This document shows, piece after piece, positions 56,976-64,000 of a stretch of DNA of 64,000 nucleotides. Positions within the stretch are counted from its first letter, which is position 1. Each line of letters opens with the position of its first letter. Position numbers and translations under genes: made by a program. Location of the stretch: assembly GCA_964584025.1 (NCBI GenBank), contig CAZOYE010000011.1, forward strand, positions 25,588 to 89,587, written 5' to 3'. Below the pieces are notes generated by a model that made no database searches, was not told the origin of the DNA, and saw only the letters and a program-made list of their open reading frames with translations. Source of the DNA: an uncultured Ignavibacteria bacterium (GTDB taxonomy: Bacteria > Zixibacteria > MSB-5A5 > CAIYYT01).

Positions 56976-58715
56976 CTACTTCTTCACGGTAATCAGATTT
57001 TCATCGAACATAAATGACTTATTCTTGCCGGTGCTCTTCGCCTGCAAGAGCGCCATGTCGGCACAATATATTAATCGGTCAATCCGTTGTGCGTCATTAG
57101 GATAAATCGCTCCCCCCAGTGATACGGTGATTTTGAGACTGGCGGGAGTGAATTTGTCGCGGAATTCGTTTTCGAGAATGGCGTTGCGCAAGCGATCCAT
57201 GAAATTTATGCAGTCGGCGGCGTTGGTATCAGGCATAACAATACAGAACTCCTCGCCTCCATAGCGCGACACGATATCGATAGAGCGTACCGACTTAGTC
57301 AGGAGTCCGCCAAGCTGCTCCAACAGAAAATCTCCTGATTGATGACCGTAAGTATCGTTAAAAACCTTGAACCCGTCAACATCAAAGATGACCAGGCCGA
57401 GGTGGCGATTAAATCGCTGGGCGCGAGTCATTTCCTGCTGAAGCCGCTTGTAGAAGTAGCGGTAGTTGTAGAGACCGGTCATCTCGTCGGTGTACGAAAG
57501 CCGCTCGATTTTCTCGAAATTGGTGAGGTTGTCGAGGATCAAGCCGAACATGCGGCTGAAGGTTGAGAAGACCTCGATATTCTCCGGGCTGAATTTCTCC
57601 GGCGGGCAGTTCATCCCGATATATCCATCTCGCGGATTGGAGCCGTTCAAAAATCCCAGGCAACGAATACCGGCCGCCTTTAACTGGGCAATTGCCTCCG
57701 AGCCGTCCTGGGAGTAGGCCTCCAGAGAAAGGACAGGCCTCTCAGGGCTGAGGAGTTCGAACAAGGAATGATTGGCCGCCAACGTGAAGTCAGCGGGGAG
57801 ATTCGGGAGCTTTCCCCGATCTCCTTGACGCGTGACCGTGCGCCTTTCGGCGTCATGAACCAGAAGAACCGCTGAATCAACTTTGAACTCCTCCGCAAGC
57901 AGCCGCAGGTAGGCCGCGTAGAGCTTGTTGCGATCGTAGATCCGCGCCAGCTTATCGAGCGCCGAAATGAGTACGGTGGGGTTGCGGCGATTCGCGGTCT
58001 CATGCGATGAGCGGTCGTTTTTGAGTGCATCGAGCTGCTGACGCAGTTTCTGGACGGTGAGGTTATGTTTGTAAGTAGCATCGTCGAGATGCTTGAAATT
58101 TCCGACCTGGTCAGCCAGCGACAACAAGAAGGGCCGGATGATTCGAAACGGCACGTCCTGAGGCGTGGAGAAGGCGATGAAATAGTTGCAGCGCCCGCTT
58201 GTCAGAACCGGCACGGCCTGATCGAACGGATGGGGGTCATTGCCCTGGCTGCCGTCCCCGGGGTAGACCTTGCGAAACGGAATCGATGATTCCCGTTTTT
58301 CCAGCATGTGCTCGAGTTCGGGACGGAAGAGGACGCGATAGTTTTTGAGACTTTCGCGCTCTGCGCCAAAGAGATCGGTCAGCATGTAGCCGCGCTTGCG
58401 GCGGGCGAAGACGGCTACCGTGTTAAGTCCAAAATCGTCGTGAAAATAGCGGGCGAGCGAGGTCACCTGTTGATCGAGTTGTCGGCGCTGCGAGAAGTCC
58501 TTGTGAATCTGCTCGACCTGGTGCAGGTAGAGGCGCACGATGGTTTCGAGGCGATCGGTGCCTCGTCTTCTCAGCAGGATAGCATAGCTAAAACCACCGA
58601 CGAGGGCGACGACGATCGCCGCCACAAGCAGCGGGCGCGACCATTGATCGACAAGCAAAGCTCCGCCGATCAGCGCCGTAATGGTCGCCATCAAAGCTGC
58701 CAGAAAATAGAGCAT
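56976..58715 (-). CDS. membrane-anchored diguanylate cyclase (GGDEF) with a GAF-like sensor
   Basis: Two N-terminal transmembrane helices. Central GAF-like region. C-terminal GGDEF domain with RYGGEEFCIVMP and product-inhibition-site-like RxxD. Confidence 0.85.
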   Translation of the reverse strand: MLYFLAALMATITALIGGALLVDQWSRPLLVAAIVVALVGGFSYAILLRRRGTDRLETIVRLYLHQVEQIHKDFSQRRQLDQQVTSLARYFHDDFGLNTVAVFARRKRGYMLTDLFGAERESLKNYRVLFRPELEHMLEKRESSIPFRKVYPGDGSQGNDPHPFDQAVPVLTSGRCNYFIAFSTPQDVPFRIIRPFLLSLADQVGNFKHLDDATYKHNLTVQKLRQQLDALKNDRSSHETANRRNPTVLISALDKLARIYDRNKLYAAYLRLLAEEFKVDSAVLLVHDAERRTVTRQGDRGKLPNLPADFTLAANHSLFELLSPERPVLSLEAYSQDGSEAIAQLKAAGIRCLGFLNGSNPRDGYIGMNCPPEKFSPENIEVFSTFSRMFGLILDNLTNFEKIERLSYTDEMTGLYNYRYFYKRLQQEMTRAQRFNRHLGLVIFDVDGFKVFNDTYGHQSGDFLLEQLGGLLTKSVRSIDIVSRYGGEEFCIVMPDTNAADCINFMDRLRNAILENEFRDKFTPASLKITVSLGGAIYPNDAQRIDRLIYCADMALLQAKSTGKNKSFMFDENLITVKK

Positions 58716-58727
58716 AGACTATCGGTT

Positions 58728-58768
58728 TATATAATCAGCGGCGAGCGCGGTTGCAAGCGCAAAGCCAC
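58728..58768 (-). promoter_or_regulatory. overlapping sigma-54-type (-24/-12) and sigma-70-type promoter signals upstream of the GGDEF-EPS operon
   Basis: Minus strand TGGCTTTGCGCTTGCAA: TGGCTT-N5-TTGCA, spacing 12. The same TTGCAA (58751-58756) plus a 17-nt spacer and TATATA (58728-33) gives a sigma-70 consensus. 12 nt to the ATG. Confidence 0.4.
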
Positions 58769-58798
58769 GCAACCCTTCGGCGTCGGGTGCGCTCCCGG

Positions 58799-59533
58799 TC
58801 AGGCCTTGCGACTATAACGAAAGCGGTTCTTTTTGGACAAAAGCGAATGGCGGCGGAGAATGCTCCAGACGCCCCACCAACCGATCTTCTGGCCATCCCC
58901 GTTGGCATCGCTGCGAATAATGCGCACGATTTCGCCAATGGAGTAGAAGGGGTCGGTCTTGACCAGGCTGAGCACGAGGCTCTCTACGCTGGGGCGAGCG
59001 GTGACTGACGGAGCGGTTTTTGTCTCCGGCGGGGTCACTGCCGAGGCCTTGATTCGGGCCGTCGGCAGATCGGCTTCGGCTGTGGCGACTTCGACCTGGC
59101 GGGCGATGGATGCTTTTTCGGCTTCCTTCTGGTTATGCTGGCGGACTTCCGCGGCGGCGTCTTCACCGGAATGCCCGTTGCCACGAAACTCGATTTTGGC
59201 CTTTTCGATATTGTCGTAGGCTTTCAAGATCGAGTCGAATTCAAGCAGCTCGAAGATCTCATAGACACTGGGGATCATTCGCGCGAGTTTGATGTCGCCG
59301 GAGTTGGACTTGATCTCGCGGATATTGCTGATGAAGATGCCCCAGCCGGCGGAAGAGATATAATCGACGCCGGCAAGATCGATGATGATCTTGTAGCGCT
59401 TCTGCTCCATCAGCGAGTTCATGACGCGTTCGAGTTCGGATGAGGTCATCGTGTCGATGACACCGTCGACGCGCACCAGAGTGACGTCGCCGCTTTGCCC
59501 GGCCGTATCCAGAGAGATTCTTATGTCGTCCAT
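58799..59533 (-). CDS. STAS-domain protein (anti-sigma-factor antagonist-like) with a C-terminal extension
   Basis: TLVRVDGVIDTMTSSELERVMNSL...IIDLAGVDYISSAGWGIFI is a STAS/SpoIIAA fold signature. The extra ~120 aa C-terminal region is Ala/Glu-rich. Confidence 0.75.
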   Translation of the reverse strand: MDDIRISLDTAGQSGDVTLVRVDGVIDTMTSSELERVMNSLMEQKRYKIIIDLAGVDYISSAGWGIFISNIREIKSNSGDIKLARMIPSVYEIFELLEFDSILKAYDNIEKAKIEFRGNGHSGEDAAAEVRQHNQKEAEKASIARQVEVATAEADLPTARIKASAVTPPETKTAPSVTARPSVESLVLSLVKTDPFYSIGEIVRIIRSDANGDGQKIGWWGVWSILRRHSLLSKKNRFRYSRKA

Positions 59534-60312
59534 GCCTGCTTCTCGTCCTTTGCGGCCGCCACCGGATGGCCGTTTTGTGAATAGTTGGCGATTTCCTTTG
59601 CGAACAAGAAGTAATCGAGCGCACCGTTGGAATAAGGCGCATGTTCGAACACCGTCTTGTATAACATCTGCGATTCTTTCAGTTGCGTGTTGATCCGGAT
59701 CTTGGATGCAAACAACTTGTCACCGTACTCCGTGAGCAACTGGTTGTAGATCGTTTTTGAGACCTTGGTCCTCGTGTCAAAAAACGTCGCGAGAATCCCC
59801 AGCAACTCGACCTTGCGGCCGATTTTCCGGTAAAGATCGTCAAGTAACTTAAGGGTCTTCTTGGCGCCCTCACAAGCAAAAAAATCCATCGAGACCGGGA
59901 TCACGACGCCGTCGACGTAGTTGAGGACATTCATATTGATCAGGTTGATTGCCGGGGGGCAATCGCAAATCACGTAATCGGTGCCGCGCAGATTTTCGAG
60001 CACCTGCCGGAGGCGCTGTTCGCGGTCGACCTGGCGCGCCAGGAACAACTCCGTTTCGACGATGCGCGTGTTCCCGGAATCGATCAAGAAGAGGTTGGGG
60101 CGCAGCGGCGCGATCTCGACTTCTCCGGTTGTGAGGAGTTCTGCCAGACCCTTCTGCGGCTGGACGTTGAAAGCCATCGACACGTTCGCCTGGCTGTCGC
60201 AGTCGACGATAAGGGTCCTCTTCCCCGACATGGCGAGACAATGCGCCAGGTTGATCACCGTGGTGGTCTTGCCGGTTCCGCCTTTACAGGTTATGACCGC
60301 AATTTTCTTCAA
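59521..60312 (-). CDS. ParA/MinD-family P-loop ATPase
   Basis: Deviant Walker A KGGTGKTTTVINLA. DCDSQANVS motif. Confidence 0.85.
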   Translation of the reverse strand: MKKIAVITCKGGTGKTTTVINLAHCLAMSGKRTLIVDCDSQANVSMAFNVQPQKGLAELLTTGEVEIAPLRPNLFLIDSGNTRIVETELFLARQVDREQRLRQVLENLRGTDYVICDCPPAINLINMNVLNYVDGVVIPVSMDFFACEGAKKTLKLLDDLYRKIGRKVELLGILATFFDTRTKVSKTIYNQLLTEYGDKLFASKIRINTQLKESQMLYKTVFEHAPYSNGALDYFLFAKEIANYSQNGHPVAAAKDEKQAWTT

Positions 60313-63131
60313 TCTTTTTCATCCTTGCGTTGATCGCCGAGGAGACGTTTTTCGTAATCGGCAAATGAGAGCGAAGGTTCCGCGTCGGGCAGCTCCACCG
60401 TTTCGAGACTGATCCCCTCTTCGGCGCGTTTTTGCCATTCCTTCTCGTCGACAGTCTCGAGACGCGCCGTCGACAAGACGTTGCGCTTCTCGGCCTCGCG
60501 GTCCAGTTCCTTGACTCGGCCGGCGACACGGTCAAATAATAAACGCAACTGATCGGCGGATATTTGACCTTCCATCTCTTCAAACATGGCGGTCAAGACA
60601 TCGGTGCGCTCGTCGTCGACGCCCAATTCGCGTAAGCGATCTTTAAAAGCCGCGAGTTTGTCGTCTTCTTGTTTCTGCAAGTTGTCCTTGATCTGGCCCA
60701 GGTAGGCGGCACGATCCAGGGTCGGATGGGGCGACTCCACCTTCTGCGCCAGCTTGAGGTACTCCTGCTCCTGCTCGGCCGTAAGGGTTCCGCCGAAGCG
60801 GCGGGCAAACTCATAACGTTGGCGTTTGGTGTTAAGCCGTAGGCGCACCAGTTCGGAGTAGATCGTGCGGTCCTCAACACCGACATCTCCCGCCTGCTCG
60901 AGTTCACGTTTGATGCGTGTGGGGCCGTAGTCCGGGTTCTTGCGGATGATCTCGAGCACGGCATTGCGCTCGTTGTAAGAGAGTTGCGCCGGAGCATCGT
61001 CGACGCGCAGGGTCTTATTGAGGAGGCCCTCTTCGCCGAACTGCTCAAAGCGCTTCTTGTAACGATAATAGGTTGAAGTCGAGAGTCCCATCATGCGGCA
61101 CGCTTCCGCCACCGGGACTCTCTGGACATCCACCATTTCGAGCAGTTTCTTGCGGCGGGCGAAGATGTATTCGTCGGCCTCGACCTTTTCCTTGATCGCG
61201 ACCATCGTGATATCGTCGTTCTGCTCGGCGCCCTGGGTGAACTTGCCGAGGTCTTCTTCGAACTTCTCGGCGAATTCATCCGGCGACAGATCCGAGTTGT
61301 CGCGGATGAACTGCAGGAACTTCTCCATGCCGTATTGCTGTTTGCGCGGGTTCATCGCCTCGGTGATACCATCGGTATAGATCACCAGCATGTCGCCCTT
61401 TTTGAGGCGCACGCCCTGGCTCTCGAGATTTTCCTCGAAACTGACTCCGTCAGGCAAGGTTATGCCAAGCGGAATGCCGCGCGGGTTCATGAAGAAGGTT
61501 TTGTCCTCGTCCTTGCGGTAGAGAATCATCGGATTGTGCCCGGCCGAGGCGAAGGAGATTTTGCGCTGCTGGGTGTCGATGACGACCATGAAGATCGTGA
61601 TGAACATCCCTTTGCGGACATCCTCGGTGACGAATTCGTTGACGTTGCAGAGAATATCTACCGGCGAGCGGGCGCCGCGCGACTCGAGGCGAATCGCGGT
61701 GCGGATCATGGTCATCACGAGCGAGCCGGGGACGCCTTTTCCGGAAACGTCGGCCACCACGATACCGAGCGTTTTTTCGTCGAGCCAGACGAAATCGTAG
61801 TAGTCGCCGCCGACGTCCTTGGCCGCGCGATAGATGGTCGCGATGTCGAAGCCCTCGATATCGGGGAAACTCTTGGGCAGCAGCGTGTGCTGGATATCCT
61901 GCGCCACCTGCATCTCTTTGCGCATGCGCTCCTGCTCGACGACGTTGGCCTGGGCTTCTTTGAACTTCACGCGCATCTCATTGAAGGCTTCGGCGATGGC
62001 ATTGTATTCGGCGGCGCCTTCGACTTCGATCTTGGAATCGAGGTCGCCCTTGCCGATGCGCCGCACACCGTCGATCAGGCGTTGAATCGGCCGCACGAAA
62101 TAGTTCGAGAGCAGGTAGACCGCGCCTATAACGATAAACATCGCGATAGCGACGGTTACGAGAATAGTCTGGCGCGCTTCGGCGATGCCCTCGAGCAGGC
62201 GTTCTTCACCGAAGCCGACGTGCAATCTCCCATATGAATTGGCCTGGTAGTTGATCGATTCGACGACGTGATGCAGGCTGCCCCCGTCCTCTGCGACGTA
62301 GGGTTGCGCGACACCGGTTCGATCCGCATCGATACCGTCCGGAGGCTCGTAGGTCGTGTGCAATCGTTCGGGGAGATCGGTTGAGGCAAGGACCTTGTTC
62401 TCCCGGTCGACGACGAAGATGTAGCGAACATCCTGATTCTGGCGCGCGAAGTTCCGGACAAACTCGTCGAACTCGACGTCTGAGGAACGATTGATGAAGT
62501 GATTGGCCGCCTGTGCCGCGATGGCGTTGCCGTATTCGGCGATCGACGCGCTAAATTGCTCCTGCCGCCAAATGACCATGCGCGTTTCCCAGAGGAAGTA
62601 GACCGAGACGATAACGGCGGTCATGATCAGCGAGGTCCAAAGCGCGAATTTCCAGCGGATCGAAACGCCTTCGGTTTTTGCTACCGGTTCGGGCTTAATG
62701 TCCGGGTAACGCTTGACAAGCTTGAGTTCGTTGACGCCGGCGTTGGTGGAGTAGGAGACATCGTCGGTGACTTTGCGAATCAGGTAGATTCCCAAGCCGC
62801 CCTTGCGCCCGGTCTTGATGTAGTGATCGAGATTGGGATCGGTCAGCTTGTCGAAATCGAAACTGCGGCCGCGATCGTAAATGGAGACGCCCATGCGATC
62901 TTTAAAGAGCGATAGGCGGAGCTTGATCGTGCCTTCGCCATAGAGGTAGGCGTGGCGGATAACGTTGGTGCATGCCTCTTCAATTGCCAGAAGAATCGCG
63001 GTCGTGTCCTTACGGCGAAACGGAGTCTCGGCAAGAACCGTCTCGACGAAACTGCGAATGTCCGGCAGCTTAGCTTCCTGCGCCGGAAATTCGGCAAAGA
63101 TTTCTTTCGTGGGACGGGAGAAGAGTCTCAT
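60309..63131 (-). CDS. multidomain partner-switching signalling protein: RsbW-like HATPase_c kinase + 2 TM/periplasmic sensor + HAMP + PP2C (SpoIIE/RsbU) phosphatase + C-terminal transposase-derived HTH/coiled-coil region
   Basis: N-terminus AILLAIEEACTNVIRHAY...GGLGIYLIRKVTDDV is the anti-sigma-regulatory-factor kinase fold. Two transmembrane helices bracket a ~170-aa sensor region. HAMP domain (IQRLIDGVRRIGKGDLDSKIE). PP2C motifs (GGDYYDF, DVSGKGVPGSLVMT, TDGITEA). C-terminal VPVAEACRMMGLSTSTYYRYKKRFEQFGEEGLL...AVLEIIRKNPDYGPTRIKRELEQAG resembles the IS481/IS3 transposase N-terminal DNA-binding region; no DDE domain follows. Confidence 0.8.
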   Translation of the reverse strand: MRLFSRPTKEIFAEFPAQEAKLPDIRSFVETVLAETPFRRKDTTAILLAIEEACTNVIRHAYLYGEGTIKLRLSLFKDRMGVSIYDRGRSFDFDKLTDPNLDHYIKTGRKGGLGIYLIRKVTDDVSYSTNAGVNELKLVKRYPDIKPEPVAKTEGVSIRWKFALWTSLIMTAVIVSVYFLWETRMVIWRQEQFSASIAEYGNAIAAQAANHFINRSSDVEFDEFVRNFARQNQDVRYIFVVDRENKVLASTDLPERLHTTYEPPDGIDADRTGVAQPYVAEDGGSLHHVVESINYQANSYGRLHVGFGEERLLEGIAEARQTILVTVAIAMFIVIGAVYLLSNYFVRPIQRLIDGVRRIGKGDLDSKIEVEGAAEYNAIAEAFNEMRVKFKEAQANVVEQERMRKEMQVAQDIQHTLLPKSFPDIEGFDIATIYRAAKDVGGDYYDFVWLDEKTLGIVVADVSGKGVPGSLVMTMIRTAIRLESRGARSPVDILCNVNEFVTEDVRKGMFITIFMVVIDTQQRKISFASAGHNPMILYRKDEDKTFFMNPRGIPLGITLPDGVSFEENLESQGVRLKKGDMLVIYTDGITEAMNPRKQQYGMEKFLQFIRDNSDLSPDEFAEKFEEDLGKFTQGAEQNDDITMVAIKEKVEADEYIFARRKKLLEMVDVQRVPVAEACRMMGLSTSTYYRYKKRFEQFGEEGLLNKTLRVDDAPAQLSYNERNAVLEIIRKNPDYGPTRIKRELEQAGDVGVEDRTIYSELVRLRLNTKRQRYEFARRFGGTLTAEQEQEYLKLAQKVESPHPTLDRAAYLGQIKDNLQKQEDDKLAAFKDRLRELGVDDERTDVLTAMFEEMEGQISADQLRLLFDRVAGRVKELDREAEKRNVLSTARLETVDEKEWQKRAEEGISLETVELPDAEPSLSFADYEKRLLGDQRKDEKD

Positions 63132-63215
63132 AATATTCTATCGTATGTCATATCAACGGAATTACCAAGCCCGGATATAGTCAGGCAGCAGCCGTTAAGC
63201 ACACTTCCTTGTTAA

Positions 63216-64000
63216 TCAATTGGTTTTGCCGTTTGATTGAAGTCTTAGTTTAGCTTGAACGATGTTCTTTTCGGTTTCGGGATTCCCCGGATACTTTGCC
63301 AACACCTGTTCCCAGAGGCGAATGGCTTCGGCATACGCGCCATTGCGGAACTTATCGATGCCGTCGAGATAGAGCTTCCACACCGCACCATCTTTCTGAA
63401 TTTCGCTCAGGGGGATAGCGCCAGCCGACCTGCCGTTGTCAAGCTTGCTCAGGAGCTCCAATGCTACAGTGTCCTGCGGATTGCTTGAGAGCGCTTGAGA
63501 CAGGAACTGGCGAGCCTGTACGGTGTCGCCGGCACTGTAAGCGGCCACACCGGACCGCAGCAGTCCCAAGGAGGCAATGCGATTATTGATCTGAATCAAG
63601 CTGCGTTGGGCGGCCTGATCGCCGGGATTGAGTTTGAGGATTTCGCCGTAACTCACAGCGGCATCGCTGTACTTGCCGGCATTGGCCTGGCGCGTGGCCT
63701 CAGTGCGCAGCGCCGTGATTCGGTCACCTGTCAGGAGGTTGTACTCGGCTTCGCTTTGCTGGAACCGCTGGTCGGCTCCAAAGGCGGGGCGCAGCCGCGA
63801 GAGCATCACTGAAGCAGCCTCGAGATCCTTGACATCGAGCGCCTCCCGCAGTTCGCCGAAGAGCTCTGCCGCCTTGGCTGAGTCGGTTTCGGCGAGCACG
63901 CCGGCGCGCACGGAAGCGGTCAGTTGGTCGGTGCGCTGGCGGTCGATCTCGGCAAGACGCTCGTCGGCCTCATCGCTGTTGTTGCCGGTCAGTACGTAGA
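63216..64000 (-). CDS. TPR-repeat protein (5' end runs off the window)
   Basis: TPR units throughout. The reading frame continues without stops to position 64000. Confidence 0.6.
   Translation of the reverse strand, partial: YVLTGNNSDEADERLAEIDRQRTDQLTASVRAGVLAETDSAKAAELFGELREALDVKDLEAASVMLSRLRPAFGADQRFQQSEAEYNLLTGDRITALRTEATRQANAGKYSDAAVSYGEILKLNPGDQAAQRSLIQINNRIASLGLLRSGVAAYSAGDTVQARQFLSQALSSNPQDTVALELLSKLDNGRSAGAIPLSEIQKDGAVWKLYLDGIDKFRNGAYAEAIRLWEQVLAKYPGNPETEKNIVQAKLRLQSNGKTN

Noticed and set aside
1-64000. CRISPR arrays, tRNA/rRNA genes, intact IS elements or integrases
   Set aside because: No regularly spaced direct repeats, no cloverleaf-compatible conserved tRNA boxes in intergenic regions, and no transposase or integrase ORF with a catalytic domain. 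The only transposase-like sequence is the HTH segment fused in-frame to the PP2C protein.

Overview
High-GC (~60%) chromosomal segment of a Gram-negative (diderm) bacterium; almost all genes lie on the minus strand. The gene content points to an FCB-group-like lineage, but I cannot assign a taxon. Supporting content: type IX secretion markers (two PorV/PorQ-like outer-membrane barrels and one cargo protein with a T9SS C-terminal sorting domain), tandem GWxTD-domain proteins, a GH57 glycosidase and many TPR proteins.

Main blocks, in window order:
1. A PorV/PorQ-like outer-membrane protein, divergent from a ~955-aa secreted multidomain protein that carries a lysyl-oxidase-like catalytic domain, pre-peptidase C-terminal (PPC) domains and a C-terminal dockerin-like tandem repeat.
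2. An operon of TPR membrane protein, GH57, DUF4870 and GNAT acetyltransferase.
3. A PorV-like outer-membrane protein, an NtrC-type sigma-54 activator with its PAS histidine kinase, an alpha/beta hydrolase and two GWxTD paralogues.
4. A Yip1 / TolC / MacA / MacB-ATPase / two FtsX-permease efflux operon.
5. A zinc-ribbon / PEGA / TPR membrane protein.
6. A tightly coupled housekeeping operon: dtd, maf, a rodZ-like gene, a 189-aa hypothetical, smc, ftsY, yjbQ, rlmH.
7. A second dockerin-tailed secreted protein, and a phospholipase-D-like gene flanked by two near-identical hairpins.
8. hsp20 and dnaK.
9. A BamB-like protein, a small membrane protein, an Omp85-type barrel fused to a PD40 propeller and an HExxH domain, and a HEAT/Gly-rich protein.
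10. An exopolysaccharide export/chain-length/tyrosine-kinase/deacetylase cluster downstream of a GGDEF cyclase and a partner-switching module (STAS protein, ParA-like ATPase, and a 940-aa fusion of an RsbW-like kinase, HAMP, a PP2C phosphatase and a transposase-derived HTH domain).

Several strong sigma-54-type (-24/-12) promoter matches sit upstream of envelope and stress genes. I saw no rRNA, tRNA, CRISPR array or intact mobile element.
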